Below, one piece after another: positions 7,612 through 17,002 of a stretch of DNA of 25,581 nucleotides. The stretch is from sequence record DRR378314_880; one strand, written 5' to 3'. The translations under genes and the position numbers were made by a program. How positions within the stretch are numbered: position 1 is the stretch's first letter; each line of letters starts with the position of its first letter. The notes beneath the pieces are model-generated. The model saw only the letters and a program-made list of their open reading frames with translations, had not been told where the DNA came from and did not search any database.

Positions 7612-10176
7612 GTGCGCCATATTGCTCAGTTTTTCGCCCTGGCGGGCGCATTGATCATCCTGGCTTTCGGAACCCAGGCACACGCTGCTTCGCCCGGTTT
7701 TGCAAAGCCCGAAATGGACTACATCCGGGTGGCACCTTCGGAACAGATGGATCTCAGGGAAGCGCTTGCTTCCGACCGATGGCAGTCACTGGAAGGCGAA
7801 AGCCCCAACTTCGGCTACATTCGCGACACCGTGTGGCTCCGTGTCCCTGTATCCGCCATACCAGGCCCCAGCAAGCTGCTGGAAATACGCTACCCGCAGC
7901 TTGACGATATCACCTTCTATCTCATCGAGAATGGCGTTGTCAGGCAACGTATCCCGGCCGGCGATCACCTGCCTTTCGAACTTCGCCGGATCCAGCACCG
8001 TAACTTCCTGTTTCCCATACAAACCGAACCAGGCAGTGAGTACCAGGTACTCCTGCGGGTAAGGACCCAAGGTGCCATGCAGATCCCCGTCAGGCTTTGG
8101 GACCCTCGCACCTTCTTCGAAGCCACGTCCATTGAAGACCAGATGCATGCGATCTATTACGGCATTCTGGTCATGGTTATCTTTTTCAACCTGTTCATTT
8201 TTCTCGCCCTGCGGGAACGCATGTACCTTTTGTATGTGCTCTCCACCCTAGGCTACCTGATGTTGATTGGCAGCCTGAACGGCAGCACCTACCAACTGCT
8301 CTGGCCAGGGTCACCGTGGTTGCACAATCAGGCCATGATGCTAACCGTGCCGATAGCACTGATCTTCACCCTGTTGTTCTCACGTGCCTTCCTCAACCTG
8401 CGCATCACCAGTCCACGAATGGACCAACTGGTGTGGTACACGGTGGTGGTGAATATCGCCGTGGCGGTGACAACGTTTATTACCGACTACAGCATTGCCA
8501 GCAGGCTCACCGTAGCCCTGGCGATTCCCAGTTGTCTGCTGCTGACCGTCATCGGGCCGGTCCAGTGGATCAAGGGCAACCCCCAGGCCAGCTATTACAC
8601 CATTGCCTGGGGCCTGCTGACGCTGGGCAGCGCCATTACCGCCGCCAACAAATACGGTTTCGTGCCCAACAGCTTCGTAACGACCTACGGCATCGAAATC
8701 GGCTCGGCGCTCGAAGCCATTCTGCTAACCATTGCGCTGGCCGCCCGGCTTTACCAGGAGCGAGAAGACAAGGTGCGTGCCCGCGAGGCGGAAATTACCG
8801 CCATGGCGGCCCGGCGCTCGGCGGAACTGAGACTCATTGAACAGGCTCTGCACAATCCGTTAACCGGACTGCCCAACAGAGCCTGCCTGGAAATGACCAT
8901 TAATGAACTGATCACCAGGGAGCCGGACAAGCGCTTCTCCATTGCGGTGATCCACCTCAGCAATCTTCCGGCGATCACCAAAACCCTGGGGCATCGCAAC
9001 ACCGACCGCCTGATCGAACTCGCCGCCCGTCGATTCAACAGCATCGTCGGCGAGCTCCCGGGTATCTGCGCCGTCGAGACCACCGAGCGGCAGAATTTCT
9101 ATCTGGCATCGCTGGAGTCGGCCACCTTCGGTTTTGTCGTAGAGGCGGATGTACTCTCAAAGACGCCAAGGGCCATTGTTCGAGCCCTGGAGGAAATCCG
9201 CGAACCGCTGGATTACCTGGGCATGCAATTGCCCCTGGACCCGCACACCGGCTCCGCCGTTTACCCGGACCACGCCACCGATACCCACACCCTGATCAGG
9301 CGCGCCTTTATCGCCCAAGGCTCCGACGACGCGCGGGACCGCGGGCTGGCGTACTATCAGCCATCAAGGGACTCCTACAGTGCGGACCGCCTGACCCTGG
9401 TGTCCGAGCTTCGGCATGCCCTTCAGCACGGTGAACTTGCGCTGTATCTGCAGCCGAAGCTGTCGCTGAAGGACCGGGAGGTAGTTGGTCTCGAAGCACT
9501 GATTCGCTGGCCAGAACGGCAAAAGCCCATACCTGCCGACGAACTGATTGCCCTGGCTGAACAGACCGGGCTGATCAAACCCCTGACCCGCTGGGTACTT
9601 GAGCAGTCACTCGAGCTGAGAGGGAAACTGCTGGAGAATGGCTACCCGCTCAATATCTCGGTCAATATCTCACCCAACAATCTTCGGGAACCGGACTTCC
9701 CGCTGTATGTCCAGCGGCTGATGAGCAGTTACCATACCCATCGAGGCGCCATTATTCTCGAGGTCACCGAAACCTCAATGATGCAGGACCCAGTCAATTC
9801 CCTGCGCGCCCTCAATTCCCTTCACGCCACGGGCATACCGCTGTCCATTGATGACTTCGGTTCCGGTTACTCATCGCTGTCTTATATCAAGCGCTTGCCC
9901 GCCAGTGAAATCAAGATTGACCGTTCACTGGTCACGGACCTGGCGACCCAGGCCGGTGACCGAGTCATTGTCCAGACCACGATTGAGATGTGCCACAGCC
10001 TCGGCTATGCCGTCGTTGCCGAAGGTGTGGAGAATGAAGAAACGATGGCGTTATTGGAGAAGATGGGCTGCGACATGATCCAGGGCTATATCCTGACGCC
10101 ACCCCTACCCTACGACGACATCGTAGTCTGGTTAGGCGAGCATACCGATTACAACAAGAGCCGACTGCTCGGCTAG
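7612..10176 (+). CDS. 7TM-DISM sensor with degenerate GGDEF and EAL domain (probable c-di-GMP phosphodiesterase)
   Basis: Signal-like N-terminus and DISMED2-like domain (NFGYIRDTVWLR). 7TM region (YYGILVMVIFFNLFIF, LWPGSPW). HNPLTGLPNR but no GG(D/E)EF motif. EAL motifs EALIRW, VNIS, EVTE, DDFGSGYSS, KIDRS, EGVE and QGY. Confidence 0.9.
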   Translation: MRHIAQFFALAGALIILAFGTQAHAASPGFAKPEMDYIRVAPSEQMDLREALASDRWQSLEGESPNFGYIRDTVWLRVPVSAIPGPSKLLEIRYPQLDDITFYLIENGVVRQRIPAGDHLPFELRRIQHRNFLFPIQTEPGSEYQVLLRVRTQGAMQIPVRLWDPRTFFEATSIEDQMHAIYYGILVMVIFFNLFIFLALRERMYLLYVLSTLGYLMLIGSLNGSTYQLLWPGSPWLHNQAMMLTVPIALIFTLLFSRAFLNLRITSPRMDQLVWYTVVVNIAVAVTTFITDYSIASRLTVALAIPSCLLLTVIGPVQWIKGNPQASYYTIAWGLLTLGSAITAANKYGFVPNSFVTTYGIEIGSALEAILLTIALAARLYQEREDKVRAREAEITAMAARRSAELRLIEQALHNPLTGLPNRACLEMTINELITREPDKRFSIAVIHLSNLPAITKTLGHRNTDRLIELAARRFNSIVGELPGICAVETTERQNFYLASLESATFGFVVEADVLSKTPRAIVRALEEIREPLDYLGMQLPLDPHTGSAVYPDHATDTHTLIRRAFIAQGSDDARDRGLAYYQPSRDSYSADRLTLVSELRHALQHGELALYLQPKLSLKDREVVGLEALIRWPERQKPIPADELIALAEQTGLIKPLTRWVLEQSLELRGKLLENGYPLNISVNISPNNLREPDFPLYVQRLMSSYHTHRGAIILEVTETSMMQDPVNSLRALNSLHATGIPLSIDDFGSGYSSLSYIKRLPASEIKIDRSLVTDLATQAGDRVIVQTTIEMCHSLGYAVVAEGVENEETMALLEKMGCDMIQGYILTPPLPYDDIVVWLGEHTDYNKSRLLG

Positions 10177-11034
10177 TTATCCCCGTTGGCGGATAAGCGC
10201 TTCCTGGGTGGTCGATGCCACCAGGCGGCCCTGGCGATCAAAGAAATTACCGCGGTTGAAACCACGCCCACCGGAGGCGCTCGGGCTGTCCTTGTCGTAG
10301 AGCAGCCACTCGTCCATGCGAAACTCACGATGGAACCAGATGGAGTGGTCCAGGCTGGCCACCTGCATCTTCTTGCTCATAAAGGTTACGCCGTGAGGGT
10401 TCAGGGACGTCCCCAAGAACGAGAAGTCAGAAGCATACGTCAGCAGGCAACGATGCAACACCGGGTCGTCCGGCAGATGCCCCTGGGTACGGAACCAGCT
10501 TTGCTTGTAGGGCTGGCGCGGTTCCGGCTTCAGAGGATTGATGGGGTCCACGGGCCGGATTTCGATGGGGCGATCCCGGGTCAGAGTGTCGCGCAGATGC
10601 TCAGGCACGTGGGGGGCAAGCAGTTCGCCGTACTCCTGCTCCGATTTAAGACTTTCCGGATCCGGTGCCGAAGGCATGTCGAGCTGGTGCTCAAAACCGT
10701 CTTCGGCCACCTGGAACGACATGGACCCGGTCAGTATCTCCTTGCCATCCTGACGCGCGATCACACGGCGGACAGAAAAGCTGCCACCGTCCCGCACCCG
10801 CTGGACCTCGTAGTCGATGGGCATGCTGTGATTACCAGGACGCAGGAAATAGGCATGCAATGAGTGTGGCAGGCGTCCTTCCACTGTGCGACTGGCAGCC
10901 ATCAGGGCCTGGCCCAGAACCTGGCCGCCAAACACATTGGGAAAACCGAGATCTTCACTGTCGCCCTGGAAATGGTCATCGCCAATTGGAGAGAGATCCA
11001 GCAGGTCCACCAGTTTTCTGGTTACTTCAAGCAT
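10177..11034 (-). CDS. tesB: Acyl-CoA thioesterase II
   Basis: Motifs VFGGQVLGQAL, HSLHAYFLRPG, RDGGSFSVRRV, YASDF and ASLDHSIWFH. ATG 11034 is preceded by AGGAG. Confidence 0.93.
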   Translation of the reverse strand: MLEVTRKLVDLLDLSPIGDDHFQGDSEDLGFPNVFGGQVLGQALMAASRTVEGRLPHSLHAYFLRPGNHSMPIDYEVQRVRDGGSFSVRRVIARQDGKEILTGSMSFQVAEDGFEHQLDMPSAPDPESLKSEQEYGELLAPHVPEHLRDTLTRDRPIEIRPVDPINPLKPEPRQPYKQSWFRTQGHLPDDPVLHRCLLTYASDFSFLGTSLNPHGVTFMSKKMQVASLDHSIWFHREFRMDEWLLYDKDSPSASGGRGFNRGNFFDRQGRLVASTTQEALIRQRG

Positions 11035-11114
11035 GCCAGCTCCTGTCAATTTCGTTAGCTCACGAATGAGTTTCTACCGCAAGCCGGGGATTTTCGCAAT
11101 CCCGATCCCGCCCA

Positions 11115-12269
11115 TCAGCTGTGAATCGGCGGCACTTCTTTCGACAGGGCCTGCTTTTCCACGGCATAACCACCGGTTACCGCAAAGCCCAGGATCTCGC
11201 CCGACTCACTCCTGAACAGGGCACGGACATCCTGGCCATCAGCCTCCACATCCCAACTTCCCGACGCATTCGCCGGTGGCGGGCACACCGCCGTTGGGCA
11301 ACAGGGCGTTTTGACCATGACCGGCATGGTGCCGTATTTCACATCGGTACGCTCATTCACTAACGTCTTTGCCAGCGCCCGGGCGCACGCCATCAGCGGC
11401 AATACATACAGCAACACCTGACCATCGACTTCGGCGCAATCGCCCAGTGCATAAACATCCGGCACCGATGTTTCCAGTGCGCGGTTGACCACAATACCGC
11501 GTTGCGTCTCAATGCCTGCCGCAGCCGCCAGTTCGGTGCGGGGCCGCAGCCCAACCGCGGAAATCACCAGGTCGGCATCCAGTTCCTCACCATTCGCCAG
11601 GCTCAGCCGAACACCTTCACCCTGGTTGGCAATGTGCTCCACCACAGTTTCCAGATGAAAACGCACGCCCAAACCTTCCAGGCCTTCACGCACCGCTTTC
11701 GCCGCCGGTGCAGGCAACAGACCCGGCATCAGCGCGTCGGAGGGGGCAATCACGTCCACCTCGACGTCGCCGTTACGAAGGTCGTTGGCAAACTCGCAAC
11801 CAATCAGGCCCGCGCCCATGATCGCCACCCGCTTCTTGCCCTTCAGAGCCTTTCGGAAGGCACGATAGTCCAACAGGTCATTGATGGAAAAGACACGTTC
11901 ATGGCCGTCTCCAGCGATCGACAGGCGAATGACGTCAGCACCCCAGGCCAGCACCAGTTTGCGGTACCTTAGCCGCTCATCCCCAAGCACCAGTTCGTGA
12001 GCGTCCGGATCAATACCGGTCACCGTGGTGTAGGTACGCAGTTGAAGGTTCAGTTGCTCCACCATCGCGTCCGACGACGCCTGGGCCAGCTCTTCGGCCT
12101 CTTTGCCCTTGGTAAAACCTGTAGAAAGCATGGGTTTGGAGTAACTGTAACCATCGTCCGCCGTCACCATGACGATCGGCGTATCCTTGTCCTGCTTGCG
12201 GATTTCCTTGGCCAGCGAATAGCCGGACAACCCGGTACCCACAATCACGATGGGGGCGTCTGTGCTCAT
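11115..12269 (-). CDS. rubB: Rubredoxin-NAD(+) reductase (FAD-dependent oxidoreductase)
   Basis: Motifs VIVGTGLSG, YSKPMLS, GAGLIGCEFANDL, YALGDCAE and MPVMVKTP. Lies directly downstream of a rubredoxin. ATG 12269 is preceded by GGAG...AGGT. Confidence 0.9.
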   Translation of the reverse strand: MSTDAPIVIVGTGLSGYSLAKEIRKQDKDTPIVMVTADDGYSYSKPMLSTGFTKGKEAEELAQASSDAMVEQLNLQLRTYTTVTGIDPDAHELVLGDERLRYRKLVLAWGADVIRLSIAGDGHERVFSINDLLDYRAFRKALKGKKRVAIMGAGLIGCEFANDLRNGDVEVDVIAPSDALMPGLLPAPAAKAVREGLEGLGVRFHLETVVEHIANQGEGVRLSLANGEELDADLVISAVGLRPRTELAAAAGIETQRGIVVNRALETSVPDVYALGDCAEVDGQVLLYVLPLMACARALAKTLVNERTDVKYGTMPVMVKTPCCPTAVCPPPANASGSWDVEADGQDVRALFRSESGEILGFAVTGGYAVEKQALSKEVPPIHS

Positions 12270-12306
12270 TACCTGTTCTCCAAAACGGTTCATCGGTACC
12301 GGCGTA

Positions 12307-12474
12307 TCAGCCGATCTCAATCATCTCGAAATCTTCTTTGCCCACGCCGCAATCCGGGCACTCCCAATCCTCAGGCACATCTTCCCAGGCGGTCCCCGGC
12401 TCGATACCGTCCTCCGGCCAGCCTTCCGCCTCGTCGTATATAAACCCACAGACAACGCACTGCCACTTCTTCAT
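12307..12474 (-). CDS. rubA: Rubredoxin (55 aa; absent from the provided ORF track)
   Basis: Manual translation [55 protein letters not shown] has two CxxCG motifs. Strong GGAGG RBS upstream. Confidence 0.97.
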   Translation of the reverse strand: MKKWQCVVCGFIYDEAEGWPEDGIEPGTAWEDVPEDWECPDCGVGKEDFEMIEIG

Positions 12475-12502
12475 GCCATTCCTCCAAACTCATCAGGGCG
12501 CG

Positions 12503-12532
12503 ATAGTAATTGTCAGACAATCATGCGCGCAA
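12503..12532 (-). promoter_or_regulatory. Putative rubA promoter with a palindromic operator in the spacer
   Basis: Minus strand TTGCGC (12532-12527), 18 nt, TACTAT (12508-12503). Palindrome ATTGTC-A-GACAAT at 12509-12521. Confidence 0.5.
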
Positions 12533-12740
12533 GTCTTTTGTACGCCTACCAGGTGGCGCCGTTCACACAGGGCATCCATCATACCCATCGCTACCGTATT
12601 GACCAATGCCGGTGCCGACGGCCATTCGCCGGGTTTTCTGCCAATCACAGCAATTTCAGCCATCCCAACCTGGAAACGCCCCTCCCTTCGGCCGGCCTCC
12701 TCCGGTATAATCGGCCGTTTTACGACAGGACCCGAGTGCT

Positions 12741-13298
12741 ATGACCGATAGCGTTGCCGAACTGAATCAGGTAATGGCCGAAGCCGACTGCCTGGTAAAT
12801 GAAGAGCAGGTACAAGCCGCCATCCAGTCCCTCGCAGACGACATCACCGGGCGCCTCAAAGACACGAATCCACTGCTGTTCTGCGTCATGAACGGCGGCC
12901 TGATCCTCACGGGACAGTTACTGCCAAAGCTGAACTTCCCGGTACAAGCGGAATACCTCCATGCCACTCGCTACCGCCAGGAAACCACCGGTGGCATCCT
13001 GGAATGGAAACTGCAACCGGAAGCCGACATGAATGGCCGTACGGTGCTGATCGTTGACGACATTCTCGACGAAGGCACGACGCTCTGTGCCATCGCCGAT
13101 TACTGCCTCGCCCATGGCGCCCGTGAGGTTCTCACGGCCGTTCTGGTCGACAAGCAGCATGGCCGCAAAGCGAAACCTGGCCTCAAGGCGGACTTTACCG
13201 GCCTGGACGTGGAAGACCGTTTCCTGTTCGGCTACGGCATGGATTATAAGGGTTACTGGCGCAACGCCCCGGGAATTTATGCCGTCAAGGGACTTTGA
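12741..13298 (+). CDS. hpt: Hypoxanthine-guanine phosphoribosyltransferase
   Basis: PRPP-binding motif VLIVDDILDEGTTL, plus CVMNGG and FLFGYGMDYKGYWRN. TATAAT at 12706-12711 and AGGA RBS. Confidence 0.88.
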   Translation: MTDSVAELNQVMAEADCLVNEEQVQAAIQSLADDITGRLKDTNPLLFCVMNGGLILTGQLLPKLNFPVQAEYLHATRYRQETTGGILEWKLQPEADMNGRTVLIVDDILDEGTTLCAIADYCLAHGAREVLTAVLVDKQHGRKAKPGLKADFTGLDVEDRFLFGYGMDYKGYWRNAPGIYAVKGL

Positions 13299-13845
13299 CC
13301 TCTGTGCCCTCAAGGGTGACAACAGCATCCACATCCCCGTAACGGACTGGTACGGTTCTGTTTCAGCCGCAGCGCTACGGAATCCGACCATCCGTGGGCC
13401 GCTCAGCCACTGGCTGACACTGGAAGGCTCACTGACCCGAGCGCTCCAATTGCGATGCCGTGAGCGTTTTCGCGTGGACATCCTCCATGAGGGCTTTGCC
13501 CGCCCCACCCTGGAAGAAGCCCGGACCCTGAACATTCCCTTACGCCAGAAGGCGTGGATCCGCGAGGTGTGCCTGAACGGTGACGACACTCCCTGGGTGC
13601 TTGCCCGCACCATTATTCCGCTCGCAACCCTGTCGGGGCGCGGGCGCCGACTGCGCAACCTGGGGCGCCGTCCCCTTGGTGCCTATCTGTTCAGCGACCC
13701 CCAGTGGCAACGAGGGCCGTTCGAAACCGGCCTTTGCCACCGCATCAACCATCACCAGCCTGTGGCAGCCCGACGCTCCCGGTTTTTCAGCGATCATCAT
13801 GCGCTGTTGGTCGGGGAATACTTCCTGCCCTCACTTTGCCCCTGA
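13279..13845 (+). CDS. ubiC: Chorismate pyruvate-lyase (start uncertain)
   Basis: Motifs WLTLEGSLTRAL, WIREVCL, WVLARTIIP, LGRRPLGAYLF, ARRSRF and LLVGEYFLP, immediately upstream of ubiA. ATG 13279 overlaps the end of hpt. Confidence 0.85.
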   Translation: MPSRDFDLCALKGDNSIHIPVTDWYGSVSAAALRNPTIRGPLSHWLTLEGSLTRALQLRCRERFRVDILHEGFARPTLEEARTLNIPLRQKAWIREVCLNGDDTPWVLARTIIPLATLSGRGRRLRNLGRRPLGAYLFSDPQWQRGPFETGLCHRINHHQPVAARRSRFFSDHHALLVGEYFLPSLCP

Positions 13846-13928
13846 CATCGCAGCCCTTTTAACCGTAGCTGACCGCTGGCTATAATCCTGCCTAATCTCA
13901 GGTACATCTTCCCGGACGGACCAAACCT

Positions 13929-14816
13929 ATGCTGCCCAATGCCGTGCCCGATCATCTCCAGGCCCGCCTTGCAGATTACGCTCGCCTGCTGCGCGTCGAT
14001 CGCCCCATCGGAAGTCTGCTCCTGCTCTGGCCAACCTATTGGGCACTGTGGCTGGCCGCCGATGGTTTCCCTGGCATCGGCAACTTTATCGTCTTTACCC
14101 TCGGTGTCTTCATGATGCGAGCCGCCGGCTGCGCCATTAACGATTTCGCCGACCGCAAGGTGGATCGCCACGTAAAACGCACCAAGGACCGCCCGCTGAC
14201 CTCCGGACGCATTGAAGCCTGGGAGGCGGTTGCCCTGTTCACGGGCCTCTGTGTGTTGGCGTTCCTGATGGTGGTTCTGTTCACCAACACGCTGACGCTC
14301 TATCTGTCGTTCGGGGGCGTGATACTGGCGTTCATCTACCCGTTCATGAAGCGTTACACCCATCTGCCTCAACTGTTCCTTGGCGCTGCCTTCTCCTGGG
14401 CCATTCCCATGGCCTGGGCGGCGGAGGCCGGTGAGGTCACAAAACTGGCCTGGCTGCTGTTTACCGCCAACGTGCTCTGGACAGTCGCCTACGACACTCT
14501 GTATGCCATGGTGGATCGTGACGATGATATCCGGATTGGCATCAAGTCCACGGCCATCCTGTTCGGTGATGCTGATCGGGCGGTTATCGCTGTTCTTCAG
14601 GCCCTGGTGGTGCTGATCCTGATCCTGGTGGGCCAGCAGGCCGAACTCGGCGTTTTCTACTACCTGGGTCTTGTGGCCATGGCCTGCCTGTTTGTCTTCC
14701 AGCAACACCTGGCCCGCTTCCGGGAACGGGACGGTTGTTTCAAGGCATTCCTCAACAACAACTGGGCGGGGTTCGCGGTGTTCACCGGTTTGCTCATCGA
14801 CCGGATCGTCGGTTAG
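13929..14816 (+). CDS. ubiA: 4-hydroxybenzoate octaprenyltransferase
   Basis: Motifs [37 protein letters not shown] and [13 protein letters not shown]. Confidence 0.95.
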   Translation: MLPNAVPDHLQARLADYARLLRVDRPIGSLLLLWPTYWALWLAADGFPGIGNFIVFTLGVFMMRAAGCAINDFADRKVDRHVKRTKDRPLTSGRIEAWEAVALFTGLCVLAFLMVVLFTNTLTLYLSFGGVILAFIYPFMKRYTHLPQLFLGAAFSWAIPMAWAAEAGEVTKLAWLLFTANVLWTVAYDTLYAMVDRDDDIRIGIKSTAILFGDADRAVIAVLQALVVLILILVGQQAELGVFYYLGLVAMACLFVFQQHLARFRERDGCFKAFLNNNWAGFAVFTGLLIDRIVG

Positions 14817-14843
14817 TCGAACAAATCCAGCCACAGCCTGCTA

Positions 14844-14877
14844 CTGTCATATACTTGTAACACAACCCGGTTGTAAT
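14844..14877 (+). promoter_or_regulatory. Pho box and -10 element upstream of phoB (autoregulation)
   Basis: CTGTCAT-ATAC-TTGTAAC (14844-14861) matches the 18-bp Pho box. TGTAAT follows 10 nt downstream (14872-14877), the canonical spacing. Confidence 0.85.
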
Positions 14878-14911
14878 GAGGCAGCAACAATACTCGGTAT
14901 GACACAGGTTA

Positions 14912-15610
14912 ATGCTCATGACTGGAAAAACTGTCCTGATCGTCGATGACGAGGCGCCCATTCGCGAAATGATCGCCGTGGCCCTTGAAATGGCCGACTA
15001 TGACTACCTAGAGGCAGCGGATGCCCGAGAAGCGCATGCCCTGATCGTTGATAAACAGCCCGATCTCATACTTCTCGACTGGATGCTACCCGGCACCAGC
15101 GGTGTGGAGCTGGCCAGGCGCCTCAAGAAAGAAGAGGCAACCGCCGAGATTCCAATTATCATGCTGACCGCAAAAGTCGAGGAAGATAACAAGATCCAGG
15201 GCCTGGAAGTGGGCGCGGATGACTACATCACCAAGCCCTTCTCACCACGGGAGCTGGTGGCTCGGCTCAAGGCCGTGTTGCGCCGCACAACTCCACCCGG
15301 CGTGGAAACGCCCATTGAGGTGGACGGTCTGACACTGGACCCGGTGGGTCACCGGGTTACCACGGAAACCGGCGCGTTGAATATCGGCCCCACGGAATAT
15401 CGCCTGCTTCAGTTCTTCATGACACACCAGGAACGGGTCTATACTCGTTCCCAGTTGCTTGACCAGGTGTGGGGTGGAAACGTCTATGTTGAAGAGCGAA
15501 CGGTGGACGTACACATACGCCGTTTGCGCAAAGCCCTCGGCGACCAATATGATCACCTGATCCAGACAGTGCGTGGCACCGGCTACCGGTTCTCTACCAG
15601 GGCAGCATAA
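14912..15610 (+). CDS. phoB: Phosphate regulon response regulator PhoB (alternative start 14918)
   Basis: Motifs [61 protein letters not shown] and [10 protein letters not shown]. Confidence 0.97.
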   Translation: MLMTGKTVLIVDDEAPIREMIAVALEMADYDYLEAADAREAHALIVDKQPDLILLDWMLPGTSGVELARRLKKEEATAEIPIIMLTAKVEEDNKIQGLEVGADDYITKPFSPRELVARLKAVLRRTTPPGVETPIEVDGLTLDPVGHRVTTETGALNIGPTEYRLLQFFMTHQERVYTRSQLLDQVWGGNVYVEERTVDVHIRRLRKALGDQYDHLIQTVRGTGYRFSTRAA

Positions 15611-15667
15611 CCACAACGGTGCCCTTTACCCCGAAAAGGGCCCGGAACTGATTCAGGGGCAGCAGTA

Positions 15668-16984
15668 ATGCAACACAACTGGTCAAAGTACCTGCGATGG
15701 ATCATCGCACTCCTGATAGCCTGCACGGCGGTCGGGCTTTTCTTTGGAAAGCCACTCTACGGACTGACTGCGGGGCTGCTGGCTTACCTGTGGTGGACGC
15801 TTGCCCAGGCCAAGCGTCTTTACCATTGGCTGGGCAATCCCAGCGGCGGTGACGAGGCCCCCCAGAGTATCGGCCTCTGGGGCGACATTTTCGACGGACT
15901 CCACAAACTCCACCAGAACCACCTACGCACCCAGGACAAACTCCGCGCCCAGATCAACCGGGTGCAGGAATCCACAAATGCCATGCGCGATGGCGTGATC
16001 ATGACAGACTCCCGGGGCGCCATGGAGTGGTGGAACGGCTCAGCAGAGCATCTGCTGGGCTTTCGCCGCAGCTCGGATCGGGGGCAATTCATTCACAACC
16101 TGATCCGCAATCCAGCGTTCAAGGCCTATTTCGACTCCCGCGACTATCGGGACCCGCTGGAACTGAACTCCCCCGCAAAACCGCACATTCACCTGCAAAT
16201 CCAGATCAGCCTGTTCGGTGACGACGACCGCCTGATTGTGGCCAAGGATGTTACCCGTCTGTATCAGCTTGAACAGATGCGACGGGACTTCGTGGGCAAC
16301 GTCTCCCATGAAATGAGGACCCCACTGACGGTGATCAGCGGCTATCTGGAAACCCTGGTGGATAACGCCGACGACCTGCCACCCAAGTGGCGGCGCGCCA
16401 TCAACACCATGGCGCAGCAGTCCTCGCGCATGGAAGCCCTGATTACCGACCTGATACTGCTGTCCAGAATTGAAACCGGCGAGCAGACCATCAACGATGC
16501 GGTGACGGACTTACAGGCCATGATCCAGCAGATCTGCCATGATGCCAAAGCCCTCAGCGGAGACCAGGGCCATGAGCTCGACGTCACCATCGCCGATCGC
16601 CATCTGCTGAGGGGCGATGAGAGCCAGCTACGCAGTGCCTTCTCTAACCTGATTTTCAATGCGGTGAAGTACACGCCTTCAGGCGGCCGCATTACGGTGA
16701 CCTGGAAAACAGACCGCGACGGCGGGCACCTGTCGGTAAAAGATACTGGCATAGGCATAGACCCGGTCCATATCCCACGGCTGACCGAGCGTTTCTACCG
16801 CGCCGATCCCAGCAGACACAAAGAAACCGGCGGCACTGGCCTTGGGCTGGCCATCGTCAAGCATGTCTTGCTCAACCACGATGGTAATCTGGAAATACGA
16901 AGCCAGATTGGCGATGGCAGCGAATTCATCTGTCACTTCCCCCGGGAACGGCTGGCGGAAAGGCTTCCGGAAACCGCTTCCTGA
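15668..16984 (+). CDS. phoR: Phosphate regulon sensor histidine kinase PhoR
   Basis: N-terminal TM and PAS region, H-box NVSHEMRTPLTV, NAVKYT, DTGIGI, ERFYRAD and GGTGLGLAIVKH. Follows phoB. Confidence 0.96.
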   Translation: MQHNWSKYLRWIIALLIACTAVGLFFGKPLYGLTAGLLAYLWWTLAQAKRLYHWLGNPSGGDEAPQSIGLWGDIFDGLHKLHQNHLRTQDKLRAQINRVQESTNAMRDGVIMTDSRGAMEWWNGSAEHLLGFRRSSDRGQFIHNLIRNPAFKAYFDSRDYRDPLELNSPAKPHIHLQIQISLFGDDDRLIVAKDVTRLYQLEQMRRDFVGNVSHEMRTPLTVISGYLETLVDNADDLPPKWRRAINTMAQQSSRMEALITDLILLSRIETGEQTINDAVTDLQAMIQQICHDAKALSGDQGHELDVTIADRHLLRGDESQLRSAFSNLIFNAVKYTPSGGRITVTWKTDRDGGHLSVKDTGIGIDPVHIPRLTERFYRADPSRHKETGGTGLGLAIVKHVLLNHDGNLEIRSQIGDGSEFICHFPRERLAERLPETAS

Positions 16985-17002
16985 TTGAAATGGCGCCGTG
17001 GC

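Noticed and set aside
12250-12751. Plus-strand ORFs 12250-12744 and 12338-12751
   Set aside because: They are antisense to the real rubredoxin gene and run through its promoter region.
13054-13278. Long upstream start for ubiC
   Set aside because: It lies within hpt in another frame, and UbiC similarity begins only after about 13330.
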